Source of the DNA: Felis catus
Taxonomy: Eukaryota
Direction of reading: 5' to 3'
NCBI RefSeq assembly: GCF_018350175.1
Contig: NC_058368.1
Coordinates: forward strand, 82,152,001-82,216,000
DNA length: 64,000 nt
In this document: positions 30,260 through 43,794 of the stretch, piece after piece
How positions within the stretch are numbered: the stretch's first letter is position 1
Layout of the letters: every line of letters begins with the position of its first letter
Made by a program: the position numbers and the translations under genes
The notes under the pieces: model-generated
The model's database searches: none
The model's input: the letters and a program-made list of their open reading frames with translations, nothing else
What the model was told of the DNA's origin: nothing

Positions 30260-30427
30260 CTTTTTTGTTTTAGTGAGAGCGCATGAGCAGGGCAGACAGA
30301 GAGGAAGACACAGATTTGAAACAGGCTCCATGATCAGCGCAGAGCCCAACACAGGGCTCAAAACCAAGACCCTGAGATCATGACCTGAGCTGAAATCAGT
30401 CTACCAACTGAACCACCCAGGCACCCC
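30260..30427 (-). mobile_element. Older Can-SINE
   Basis: gagatcatgacctgagctgaa...ccacccaggcacccc. Confidence 0.75.
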
Positions 30428-31596
30428 ACGATGTGACTCTTAACAGCCACCAACAGACTAATTCTGTACCCAATCTGCATTTCAGGCCTCAGGAGCTGGG
30501 ACTGCCCCTGACTGCTCGGGGCACATACCCCAACTCTGGGGGCTCTGGAGGAGGGGAGGAGGCCGGGAGGGGGCAGGGAGACCCCCTCTCAGGCCGCCAG
30601 AGCTATGACCAGGCAGTAGAGGGGTCTTCTCATTAGGCGCCCAGGGTCAGGGTCCCACTGTGGAGGTGAGGGAGGTGCATTTGCCAAGTCTCTGCATCAT
30701 CTGGGACGAAAGGCCTCCATCCCTGCAGCCGTTAGGGCAGGTGGGCCCTCATGCCCTGGAGGGTGGACTTGGTCCTCAGTCCTTCTGTCCCTGCTTCTAT
30801 GCCCCGCATGGTTGGGTTCTGAGCAGAGGCAGAGAGTGCGCGGCCAGACCCGAGCACAGGAGGCATGGGCTCTGCGAGGTGCGGGGCCTGTGAGCCACTG
30901 GGATCCACTCAGCCCTGGGGCGCCAGCAGCACCCGTTACAAAACCTTCTTGACTCAGTCCACGGTTAGTGAGCCTGGCCTTTCCAGACCCTCTCAAATAA
31001 TTCATTTTATTCTGGAATCACATCCTTCTAAAGGGGGAAAAAACTCCTTAAAAACAAAATGTCAACATTCTTCTGTGGGTGTCCAGTTCGAATTTAAACG
31101 AGAAGCAGACTTTGCAAAGCTGCAGGGGCCAAGGAGCCTCTTGCCAAGGTTTCTCTGCTTGAAGACACGGCTCGTCAGCTCATTCTTCTCTGCCCTCACC
31201 ACCCAGTCTCCTAAGAGACAGATCTGCTCACGAAAACCCTGTGTGTCTCCCAACCAATGTCACCATAAAGAAACGGCAGCACAGCAAGATCTAGTAGCTT
31301 TGTAGTAAAAAGTCAACTTTCCAAAATGCTGTTACCGCCAGCGAGCCAGTGATGGAGGAAGAGGGAGAGGTGAGTCTGGACAGGCCTGGTCTGCTCAAGC
31401 ATGGGCTGGGCCCTGCACTCCCCTGTGGGTTATGGACCGTGGCATCTGCCACCGCCCCGATGGGCTAATGCCCCCCTCCCTCCAGTGCCGCCGCAGAGAC
31501 AGGCTACCTTGCCTGGTCCTCAGAGCAGGACATTTAGAAAGACAGACATTAACTATCGTGCCATGAGCCACCTTCCCTTAATAATTTATTAAGTGC

Positions 31597-31805
31597 AGGG
31601 GTGCCTGGGGCGGGGAGGCTCGGTCGATCTCAGCTCCTGATCTCAGCTCAGGTCCCGATCTCACAGTTTGTGGGTTCAAGTCCCGCGTCTGGCTCTGCGT
31701 CGACAGTGTGGAACTTGCTTGGGATTCTCTCTCTCCCTCTACCCCTCCCCCACTCGCACTCGCTCTGTCTCTCTCTCAAAATGAATCAAGAAACTTAAAA
31801 AAATA
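31597..31805 (+). mobile_element. Can-SINE
   Basis: ggggtgcctggg head, CT tract, A tail; TSD-like ataatttatYaagtgc. Confidence 0.8.
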
Positions 31806-32384
31806 ATTTATCAAGTGCCCATGCCGCCCCACTTGATCTCACTTAACCCTATGATGAAGGCGTCATCATCCTTAAGTACAGTGCAGGAGGGAAAGCAAGG
31901 TCAGCCGTTTTCGGGCCAGTGAGGCGTGGAGAACCAGGACTGCCAGGCTCTGGGGCCCCTGTGGCTGAGCCCCCTTCTCATCCTCGGGTGACGGGCACAG
32001 GGCCACACACGCAAGGGAGCCTCTGGTAGGTGTGCCCAGTGAGCTCATTGGGCAAGCTGCACACACTGGATTGTCCCCCGCCCTGTGTGGTATTGGACAC
32101 TGCTTCCTAAGCCAGTATCTGATCTCATTCCCAAAAGTAGGACATCCCACAGGCTGTCCCTGTCCTCGCATCACACTCACACTAGCACAACTGCATAGCC
32201 ACACGGTTGGTCGGCCTACGGCACCCAATAATGGGACTTCCTTGGAAATGCCACGCCACAGTTTCACTTTGAGAAAGTCTACCTGTCCTTGGAAAGCGTG
32301 TTGGAGAACCACCGTCCACTGGGACCCCCGAAATAGTTGTGTGGCCAGCGACTGCGGGTGGCTGGGGCAGGGCTTAAGAACTTA

Positions 32385-32512
32385 CATGTTGGAACCCAGC
32401 TATCTGGGTTCCAGTCCCTGCTCAGACTCTCGCTTGGCTATGTGGCATTGGACAAGTTACTTAACTTCTCTGTGTGTCTGCTCCTTTGTCTGTAAAACTG
32501 TAATAATGGTGT
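32385..32512 (+). mobile_element. MIR fragment
   Basis: MIR core-like ttggacaagttacttaacttctctgtg...tctgtaaaactgtaataat. Confidence 0.7.
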
Positions 32513-33978
32513 CAGCCGTCAGGGTATGCAAGGGCCAGGGGATGGTACACGTAGATTCAGAACAGCGCCTGGCCCCTGAGTGGCGCCACATCAGGGCTGC
32601 AGCCATCACCATTAATGCAGCCCAGAGGCCCCTTCTCTAGGCTACAATTTGCTATTTAGAGAAAAAAACTGGGCTGTTTGACAGCTAAATTTAAATAAAA
32701 TTTCAACTTGTATTTTTAGTGACTTGAAAAACTGTGCCTGCTTGTGCTTCTGGAGGCTAAAGTTAGGGACATCTTCACGAACGTCCCCTTGTGGATTGCG
32801 GGCCAGAGGGTGCTGTGTACCAGCACCCCGCTTCCCACAGCCAGAGGCGCGGGGTCCCTCCTTGGAAACAATGCCCCAAACACTCTCCGTGCTCCCATGT
32901 GAGGTGCTCCCACAGGCAGTGCCCCCCACATGCACATTTCGCACTGGGGTAGATGATGTCCTATGTCTGTCAGGAGGGCTCAATCTAATCTCAGAGAGCA
33001 TGACACGGTCAGGATTGCGTGACCCTGCTGGCGTCTGTCCTGGGCGCCTACACAGGCAGACACAGGCCGTGGATCCTGCCATTCACAAAAGAGACGAGGG
33101 CAAGGAGAGGACACGTGGATGGCACCAGACACACGTGGAAGGAGCGGGTGTGAGAGTGAAGGCCCGCTGCGCGCAGCTTCGGGAAGCCAGCAGGTTCTGC
33201 GTCCAGAGACAGGCCCTCGTGGGGGCGGCATCGCTGCTCTGGCTGCCAGGATGCGATTTCACACTGCTGGGTCTGCCTGGGAGCCCGGGAAACTGGGGAT
33301 ATTTGGACTCAAAGACACTTCGCCGCCTCACGCGCTGGGCGCTATCTTATCTGTGTCCTCACCCTCGCCAGAGCTATTTTGGAACGGGCTGCGGCGAGGA
33401 CGGCATTCCTGCGGAATGAGCACAGAGCTAAGCTGAGAGAGCCCACGGCTGACTCGGACGGGCACAAGGGCCCAGACACGAGGCCTCGTCTACCCAGCCG
33501 TGGCCCCAGACTTTCATTTGGCAACGGCACACTAAAAACACCTGCAGGTTTTCAGAGAGCGTGTACCTTGTAGGAAAGCTGTGCTACCCGTATGTACACC
33601 CACGGCTTCTCTGAGAATCGCTGGCACGTGAAGGATGGTCCTAGAAGCCCCCCGCCCCCACCCAGCCAATGCCACAGCATCGTCTCAAGACACATTCATG
33701 TGTACACACACATCTGAATCCTACTTTGGTAGATGGCATTCTGCCTGAGCTCATTGGGATTTAGAAGTAATCCTCAAACAATATTATCTTAATGGATCCA
33801 AATTTCAAAGGGCTTATTATTTTATGTTCTTTTGAAATAAAATCAGACATCTTAATATCTGCAGTGAAAAGTTGAACCCTCACCCCAAACCACCAAGAGC
33901 AGATTTAACTGGTTTTAACCCTAGAGACACCAGGCTCAGCCTAGCAGACGTTTTACAAACACAAATGAAGAGTCACTA

Positions 33979-35050
<1,072 letters not shown>

Positions 35051-36272
35051 TAGTTTTTGGGAAACTTTTTGATGCCTGAACGTGTTTGGTAGAGAACTCA
35101 GAAAATGCACGGTGCACGGGAGAGAAGCCCCTCTAGCCTCAAGGAGGCGTGTCACGGACCCCTCTCACCTTGCTGTGCTCTCCCATGGCCGGGCTCCAGA
35201 TGGCAGCCGTATTCAGAACCCCCCCCCCCCCACCCCGCCTCCTTTCCGCATTTGGATCCGGATCCGGAGAGGACGCTGAGGGGTAGGAGGAGGCTAGGGT
35301 GCGTGTGAATGTGCAAACTGGGCTCTGGGTTTGGAATCGGGAGTTAGGAAACTGTCCCCCTCGTGGGCCTCACTCCCCCCTTGGCCCCTGGGACCTGGTC
35401 ACTCACCAGACCAGAGTGGGCCCCATCACACCTGGACTTAAAAAGCACATGTGACAAAAACAACATTTCTTTCAGTAATAACAAGATACTGAGCTGCACT
35501 TAAGCACACAGAGCCAGCACAGAGGCCTGGGGGGTGAGGCACACTGGCTCCTTGTCCACACTGCAGCCCTCTATCCAGACAACTGCCCTTCGTGGGTGGA
35601 AGAGTGTCCTTTGGCAGAAACAGCTACTGTTGAGGGCAGAGGAGGTTCCCGGCTCATTTCTCTTGCTGACCCTGAGGCCATGGAAACCTTTCCTGAGGTG
35701 GCCAGCAGCTCCCCCACACCGTCCCTGCCTTGTCCAGCAGCACTTACCGAGCCTGGGCCGAGCTCCTCCAACCACGGTGTGCCTCCCCCCATGTGGCCTG
35801 GAGTGTTGTACTTGGACGTGCATGAAGTTCAAGTGGAGCAGTGACGTGAATACATCCCCAAGATGGAGACGGGGTCATGTCTGTTCCGGGAGACACAGGT
35901 AACATGTCTTTATTCAGCCTGTTCTATTTGGGGGACTCGTGTATTCTCTGTATATTCCTGGTTTGCATGTCCATGTGTCCTCCCGCAGGATTCCCAGCAG
36001 CTCAGGGAGATTCTGCCGGTTACAAGAGAGCTACAACTCTTCACACACAAACAACCATACTTATTTAATGCACTATGAGGTCACGAAAAGGAAACTAAAT
36101 GGCCAAGCTTTGTGTATTGGGGTGCGGCCATCTACGTGAGCAGGCAGGCTGAAAATGGGTGGGGTGTCCCCAGAGGGGCCGTTTTCCCGCTGGTCCCGTG
36201 GCATCCAGCAGCATCTGAGCAATCGAGAATAGAGTTACAAGTGCACCACCACTGCCACACCAGAGAACATAT

Positions 36273-36278
36273 TTTATT
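36273..36278 (-). terminator. Candidate DCUN1D2 polyadenylation signal
   Basis: AATAAA on the minus strand about 1.8 kb after the stop, followed by GT-rich sequence. Confidence 0.5.
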
Positions 36279-38043
36279 TCAACGTTTCCAAAGCTCTTAG
36301 CACTTTTCATGGCACGCATGCTTTAAATAAATAGAATAGAAGAAACCGCAATCTTGAAGAGCCTTTGTCCGGCCACTAATGTTCCGTTATTTACTGATGA
36401 CCAAGTGCACAGAAGCCCCTCCACTCCCACAACTTCGAATCTTAAGAACAAGGTGTCGCAGACCTACAGCCTCCTCCGTGAACACTTACACGGCAAGAAT
36501 CTGCGAAGCCTCGAAGGATACTTTAAAGCTGTTGAGGTTTTTATTACATAAAGTGCATGCTCTCTTAGAACCACAGGCTGGCAGGCAGAGACGGGCCTGT
36601 CGACCCTGTGGCAGACGGGGAAGTACAGGCCCAGGAGACACCGCGGGACTCAGTCGTGCATCTGTGTAGGGGCCAACCCAGCCCAGACTCTGGCCTGCAG
36701 GCCTCAAGCCCCCTTTCCCACCCGGACAGCCTGTGTGGCCTCTCTGAACGACTCCTCTTTGGAAGTATAAACAGTTCACACATGGCAAGCACACGAACAC
36801 CTCCCATGGGCACAGAAGCTTCCTGAAATGCTGAATCCCAATTTTGAAAGTCACATCAAACTACACATTTTAAGCACACTGCCCATTCACGGAAAGTCCA
36901 CTGTGAACTTCCTCTCCTGTGAAGTGACCCCAGTCTATCTGTCTCATAAATGGGACTGCAGACAGGGTAGTAGACACACTTGGGACGTGAAGATCTTTTC
37001 AAATATAATGCAGGTTCTGCACAGTGATTTTTAGAACACACAGGAGCTTTCCCAACAGGAGGAACAGGTAACGTCACAGGCTCCACCATCGGACAACACG
37101 GCAGAGTCCATGCCTCGCCGGACGGCCTCCTCTCACAGACGGTAATGCGACGGTCACACACTGCAGACGTAAATGAGACGGGACCTTCCTGTCTGGGCGT
37201 CTCGGGTAACGGTGTGCACTGTAGCTTCCGAATGTGCGCAACCATGCAGAGGGCCAGAGGGAACAAACTCACTCCATTTCTGAATCTATAATCCATTGCT
37301 CATAAAAGAAATACTTTTCAGGGAAAAATGTCTTTTTAAACGTAATAAAATACTTTTTTTTTTCTAAAGCATACTTTAGAGAACTTTTTCAGAAGCTCAT
37401 TCAAATGACACTGGACAGGACAGACCAGCTGGCTTGTAAACAGTACATGATAAAATGTCCCTGGAATCCCATGGTGACGGGTGCTGTCACCATGCAGACT
37501 GCAGCATGTCAGGAACCGTGAAAGCACATTCACATGAACATCTACATGAAATTAAAATAAAAACAGACCCAATAAATCCAGATGCTTGATAATTCAGAAA
37601 ACAGAAGTCTTGATTTCCTGGCAGCAAGTTTAAAAAGTGTTAGGATCTGTGTCCAGATCCTACTAGCTTTGGCCTGCAGAGAAATACAGCGTCCCACCAA
37701 GGGCACAGACACTGTTTCACAGGTAGGATTACAACGTGGCTCAGCAGGATCTGTGCGAGCCGTGTGTTCATGCGCCTTCACGGGAGCCGCCGATTCAACT
37801 GCACACTTTGCAGATCTGCAAACAGGCTCTGGGTGACTTTTTCACAAATATGATAAAAATCATGCAGAAATTTCCTAAAGCAGCAGCCACAGGACCATCC
37901 CCAGACATCCTGAAGCAGCGTCTTCTGAGGAGCTCCTTACATGTCCACTCAGCCCTTTCTGTGTGCGGGGGGAGGTCATGCGGGCGCCAGGGCTCCTGGG
38001 AGGAGGCACTTGCTCTCGGTGTCCGTGCAGTTTCACTCTCTGC

Positions 38044-38123
38044 CTAGAAAGGGCGGCGCTTACCGCCCGTCACAACTGGCCGTGCATATTCTACAAAATC
38101 ATCTATCAGAACAGGCCACGCTC
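38044..38123 (-). CDS. DCUN1D2: DCUN1D2 exon 7 ([26 protein letters not shown])
   Basis: cctgtag| acceptor, TAG at 38044-38046; DCN1 AWPxLIDDF motif present. Confidence 0.97.
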
Positions 38124-39238
38124 CTACAGGAAAGCAAACACAGATCTTTAAAAACTCACCAGTCTAGAGCAGTATTTTTATATCCAGAGCATTCTTTCTG
38201 CAGTCAATATTTGTGTTTCAGGAGCTCAAGTGAGTCGTCTCACAGCCCATCTCTCTGGAGGGATTGCCAGTGAGATCCATTCCTCTTGCTGTAGCCAGAC
38301 CCCAGGCCAGCACTGGTGCTCCCGTGTGGACGTGGCCTCTAGCGACCAGGCACTCGGGGCCGGCCAGCTGCAAGGCCTGGGCCCCTGTTCCAGGCAGTCG
38401 GGACCAGGCACAGGGCCTTCCACCTGCCCTGCAAAACACTGCACCCTTTTCTCCCTGGGCCGGTTCCCTCTCCAGGCCCAGCCTCCCCACCACCCCCAGG
38501 TAGCCTGGACCACCCCAACCCCGCTGGCCAGGAACACACTCACTGTAAGCTGCCGGCCCCTCCTCTGCAGACCAGCCACGTCTCGCCACTGCAGCCACAA
38601 TCCCTGGGCTTCTGTCTATGGTCAACTATTCACGTTATTAAGTGCCCGCTCTGTGCTGAGTGCTGGGGACGCACACAGACATGCAACACCACAGGTGCCC
38701 CAGAGCGGTTGCCTCCAAGCTGGGCGCTGAGGGAGCATGCAGCGGGCAGGCTGAGACTGTGTCCTTCCCTAAAGCGGCACAGTGCCCATGGTGGCGGGCA
38801 CATACATGCTCCCTGACCGGCTGTCCTCAAACATCTCAGGGTGGGGACCATGAATATGTGATCATGTTATACCAGCTGGAATCTTCACATGGTAGAATGC
38901 CTAGCCTGAGGCGCCACCCAGGATTACGTACCTGGAAGAGCGGCTTCCAAACCCATTTGGTCCCACGGCTCTGCCGCAGGGCTCTCTGCACATCCACTTT
39001 TGAAATGCTTTAGTTTATTTAGGGGGTTGTCCTCCTAAATTAAACTAAATACGAAGCCCTATTTTTCTCGTGTGGTTGACAAGACATAAAAAGAGGGTAA
39101 TACTGTCATCACCACCACCCCCACTGCACTGAGGGGCGGGGCCCAGAGGCAGCTGGAGCCGGTCACCACCGTCCTGCCCCCAGCAGTCTGCACATCAGCA
39201 TTTCTGGACATCATCTGAAGCACTACAACTTCCCGTAC

Positions 39239-39335
39239 CTTCTTCGTCATAGTTAGACATATCATCTGCAATCATATTTCCAAAATCTAGCAGAAGGTTC
39301 CAAGTGTCCCTTGGGATTGATCTTTTGTGATGTTC
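39239..39335 (-). CDS. DCUN1D2: DCUN1D2 exon 6 (97 nt; [32 protein letters not shown])
   Basis: attag| acceptor, AAG|GTACG donor. Confidence 0.97.
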
Positions 39336-40902
39336 CTAATACATGAGAGAAAAAAACCCACCAGACTTAAGAAACAGACGTGACCCTTGGGCATCCCAGC
39401 GGCCTCGTTACTTCAGCACACACCGCGATGGGGAAGCGGCACCATCACACGTGGTCAGAAGTAATGACAGTGTTCTGGGTATGGTAGGAGCTACGTGATG
39501 CCAATGTGCAAATACACAAAAGCACACTTGTTTAAAAGCAGAATAAACATTTAAAATAGAGATTATAATCTGTTTCACTCCAATACAAGGGCAGTGCTTT
39601 AAAGTTCCACCTAACGCCCAGCCGATTGGCATACAGTGCGGGACAGCCGGCCTGTGGCACCCAGATACATGTACTTCTCTGCACGCCAGGTGGGTCCTGC
39701 AGTGGGATGGGCCATTTTTCAGATTTCAGGTACGCCACACGCGTGGACAACACGCGTCTGTGCTGTGACTCTCAGCGGGCAGAGGGGCGCTGGCTCCGCC
39801 CCCTCCCCCCGCCCCACCCCTCCCCTTTGGGCATAGAGCTCCACACCCACGCCCGCCCCTGCACGTGTGTGGCAGAGGCGAGTATATTCACAGATGACCC
39901 AGAAGCCACCCAACCACATGTGGACTTCTGTGGCCTTCCTTGCGTACCCCGCCTGTCGTCCTGGCCTCAATTGACCTGTTTCCACTGTGCTCTGGGAGCC
40001 TTTGTCCACACTGACAGTCTTGGGCTTTTGTCCACTCTCAGGCCTAGGGCTCTGTGCTCGTCCCCAACGTGCTGCTGTCCCCACCGTGCTGCTGTCCCCA
40101 CGGTGCCATCTCTGGGCACGTGCGCAGGGTCCCTGGGGAATGCCTGCACTCGAGGGCACTGACCACAAAACTAGTGAGTGGTGGAAGCGGACTAAACATG
40201 ACATAGGCTGTGAACCTGCACATGGGCTTCCCCGTGCTGCTTTGAGGAGGACCCCACACACGGCCCCCAGCGGGAAGACGGTCCTCAGCCAGGCCTCACA
40301 CATTCGCAGAGGAGTCCATGCGGAAGATGTGGGCACACTGCCATCACGTGACTGTCTGCTCTGGAGGGGACCCTGGTGCTCCACACGCTTCAAACAGTGA
40401 CGCCTGTCTCCCTTCCCCCAGGCCGGGGGCTGCCCCACCAAGGAGGCCCCTCCAGCTCGGAGACTCTCCTGAGGGAAGCCCAGCGAAACCCTCCTTTTTC
40501 CTGCTCAGTTAGCATTGTAAACCACATCTTAAAGTGTATCAGACTGTGGACAAGCTGAACAATGGGATACAGCCTGCAGTCTGGAGCCCGTATGAGCTCA
40601 CAGGACGTGTGTCGCTGCTGCTTCGGGAAGCCTAGAGCCAGGTAGTTGGAGTTCTGCAGACAAGGGGAGGCCTGCGGGTCATCTGAAACCCCAGCCTGAG
40701 AGTCCCGCGGGGCTGCCGGGAGCCCTTCTGAATCTGGCCTTGGGTAGCCCTGCCCGTTGCTTGCAGTGGTGAAGCCCGCGGCTGCTCGCCAACTGCCTGG
40801 CAGCCACGGTACAGAACCCCCCAGTCAGATAACACGGGCGGCCACACAATGTGCTGACCCTTCACACTGGGCACACACAGCAAGAAGCAGAAGGACACTT
40901 AC

Positions 40903-40985
40903 CAATAAAAAGCTGTTCCAAAGATCTAAAAATTTAAACCTTCCAGATAACACTAAATTCCAGTATGCAACAGCCATTTCTAAAT
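40903..40985 (-). CDS. DCUN1D2: DCUN1D2 exon 5 (83 nt; [28 protein letters not shown])
   Basis: tttgccag| acceptor, TTG|GTAAG donor. Confidence 0.97.
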
Positions 40986-42341
40986 CTGGCAAAAAGAGAA
41001 AGAGCAGTTAATAAATCCCAATTTCTTTTTCCACTGCACAAAATATGACCACTTCTTAGCGCACTGGTAATCACTTAGTAAAACTCAGCACTCTTACTGA
41101 AGAGTAAGACGAGGCCCACCCCTTATAGAACGTTCCTGATACTGTGAATGATCTAATCTTCTAACTTGGGGGAAATCTCTTTAAGCGGTCTGTGCCTTGT
41201 TATTCAGACACGTACACAACTGTCCCTTAATTAACATCAGTCTGTAAGACACCGATTTCTGTATACACCAGGCTTTCTTCAAACCTCACTGATGCAACCT
41301 GGATACTGTTCTTGCACATCAGGTAGTGTCAGAACATGCTGAACTGCAAGTTAAACAACCAGTCTTGATGGAAGGGAGGCAGTGTTTTCCCAGTGGGCGG
41401 GAAGAGTCCAGCTCAGAGGGAAGCCACACGAGACGGCCGGGACCCCTCCAAATTTCTTAGGGTGCAGTCAGGACACAGCAGCCCAGGGAGGGTGCTTCCA
41501 TTGACACGCAGACATTCCCCGCCTAGGCCGGCTGCTGATCACAGCCCGTGTCCTCCATTTTCCGGGCCCAGAAGGCAGCGGTTGTGTAGTCGTGTCCCGA
41601 AGCTTCTACACAGACCTACGTACTCTGCGGGGCTCGGGTGCAGGATGAGGTCTTACAGAACAGCACCACGGAGCTGTAGGACTGCATGAGAATACCATCC
41701 TAAGCCAGAATTTCTGAAATGAGGATTCATTCTCTGCTTGGTCTAAGTTTACTATCTATTTCTCCTTGCATGCTGGATCCAGCAAGTAAACTAAGAGGCT
41801 GAGCTGAGTTTCCTTGTTAAAATTGACAGCTTTTAACGGTGTGCTTTAATCCCAAGTGCTCACCACTCAGAAAATAAAAGAACAGTTAGAATAGAACGAT
41901 TTCCTAATTACACGTTTATATATGTATGTCAGGATAAACTCATGTGAAAAGCAGGCAAATAAATATTTAAGGTCACAGATTCTTTTAAATGTAAGATGCC
42001 CAAACAACCACTTTTCAGAAAATTTTCATCTAAATCTTAGTTGGTCCTACTTGGACAAAAGTGATTAAGGTAGAGCTGTAGGGGGCCTGGCTGGCTCAGT
42101 CAGCAGAGCCTGCAACTTCTGATCTCAAGGTCGTGAGATCTCAAATTACTTCAATGATTACGTAAATAAACAAAACTTTTTAAAAAGTAGTGCTGTGACT
42201 TGAGATTTCTAGGAAAGAGCATTACTAAAACTGGATAAGCAAAGCAAGGTACAAGTAGCACCAAATTTAAATAAAACGCCTACATTCCCTGTGTTAACAG
42301 GCCGTTACAGACTTTCAGTCCTAAATACCCTGGAGTCTTAC

Positions 42342-42541
42342 TCAGAGCCGGGCAGGAAGCTTCGAGGACTGCCCATGTGGATGGCTCGCTAACCCTCGCA
42401 GCGCCTGCGCTCTAACACTGACACGAGCGGCCTGTCTCACTAAGTCTACATCCTTGTGACTTAGGAAGAGCATTAACTGAGATCTGCCCTCAACTCAGCT
42501 CAGGGGTGAGACAAGTCCCACACTGAGAAATGGGGGTGAAC
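42342..42541 (-). other. DCUN1D2: Candidate alternative (premature-stop) exon in DCUN1D2 intron 4
   Basis: cttctctttcctccccag| acceptor; reads GSPPFLSVGLVSPLS* after exon 4; donor tentative (TGA|GTAAGA). Confidence 0.55.
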
Positions 42542-42880
42542 CTGGGGAGGAAAGAGAAGTAACGTCGTATGGCAGACATTTAACCTGGGTCCTATCTTAG
42601 TCTGGTCCTGGAAACCTTTCTTAAAAGTTCCTGATTCGTACATTCATGACCAAAAGTGAAGGAACACATATTCATATTCAGTGTTATGTAAGTAAAAATG
42701 TTTACTGTCACCCTAATCGGATCCACTTGCAAAATAACAACACTAGAAAACCTCAAAATGACAGAACGTAGAGCTGGAAGCAAGGACAAGAGTGACCCCA
42801 GCAGCCGTGAGAAGATTACGACAGCTACTGCTTCCCACTAACCTCTGAGAAGTCTTCTTTCCTGAGCAAGAAAATGTTTA

Positions 42881-43094
42881 ATTTTTTTTTTCAACGTTTA
42901 TTTATTTTTGGGACAGAGAGAGACAGAGCATGAACGGGGGAGGGGCAGAGAGAGAGGGAGACACAGAGTCGGAAACAGGCTCCAGGCTCTGAGCCATCAG
43001 CCCAGAGCCCGACGCGGGGCTCGAACTCACGGACCGCGAGATCGTGACCTGGCTGAAGTCGGACGCTTAACCGACTGCGCCACCCAGGCACCCC
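42881..43094 (-). mobile_element. Young felid-type SINE (SINEC_Fc-like) with 18-bp TSD
   Basis: CpG-rich body; tgagcaagaaaatgttta on both sides. Confidence 0.92.
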
Positions 43095-43752
43095 TGAGCA
43101 AGAAAATGTTTAGAGGAAATGGTTACTCTTTAAAATTTGTTTCTGATTTAGATTTACATAATGAAAATGTCCCTTCTGTCAAAGAAGGCTTTGGGTGCAG
43201 ATATAAAAATTAGCTAATTATCGTGAAACTTTACTTCCTCAAAAATCAAGATTTCTCAAAGCCAACTGATTCCAGACTCTATCCTAAGCTTCTTACATGA
43301 AAACAAAAAGTCAAATAACTTTAATTACCTTCATTATTAGAGTGACCATCAGGTAAGGACAGGCTAACAGAACATAAAACAACCCACACAATTCTAACAC
43401 ATACGTATAAATAGACACACAAACTCGAAGAAAACGAAGAATAAATCTCTCTTTTCTTGATCAACCTTTTTGACTGGTAGCCACACTTTTTCTCAGAACT
43501 ATAGAGCACCTCTATCAACCTCTTTGATTTATATTTAATCCTTCCGAAGACACAACAACGTAAGACACTCTGGAAACTGCAACATCAATTGTTCCGCTTT
43601 GAGTACATAGGCATAAAATTATTCATCTGGCTTTATTATTTTTTAAGCCCTCAAAACCCTGGTAAAACGAGGGGACTGCACTGAATGGCCTGCACAGGCT
43701 CATGTCCTCATGAGGCTGTCACTGGGCCCTGCAGCAAACTTCCAGGAAGGAC

Positions 43753-43754
<2 letters not shown>

Positions 43755-43792
<38 letters not shown>
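43755..43792. repeat. (CA)n microsatellite
   Basis: Uninterrupted CA run. Confidence 0.95.

Positions 43793-43794
<2 letters not shown>

Noticed and set aside
42891..43213. Short ORFs over SINEs (also near 20158, 25208, 46894, 51968)
   Set aside because: Can-SINE-derived reading frames
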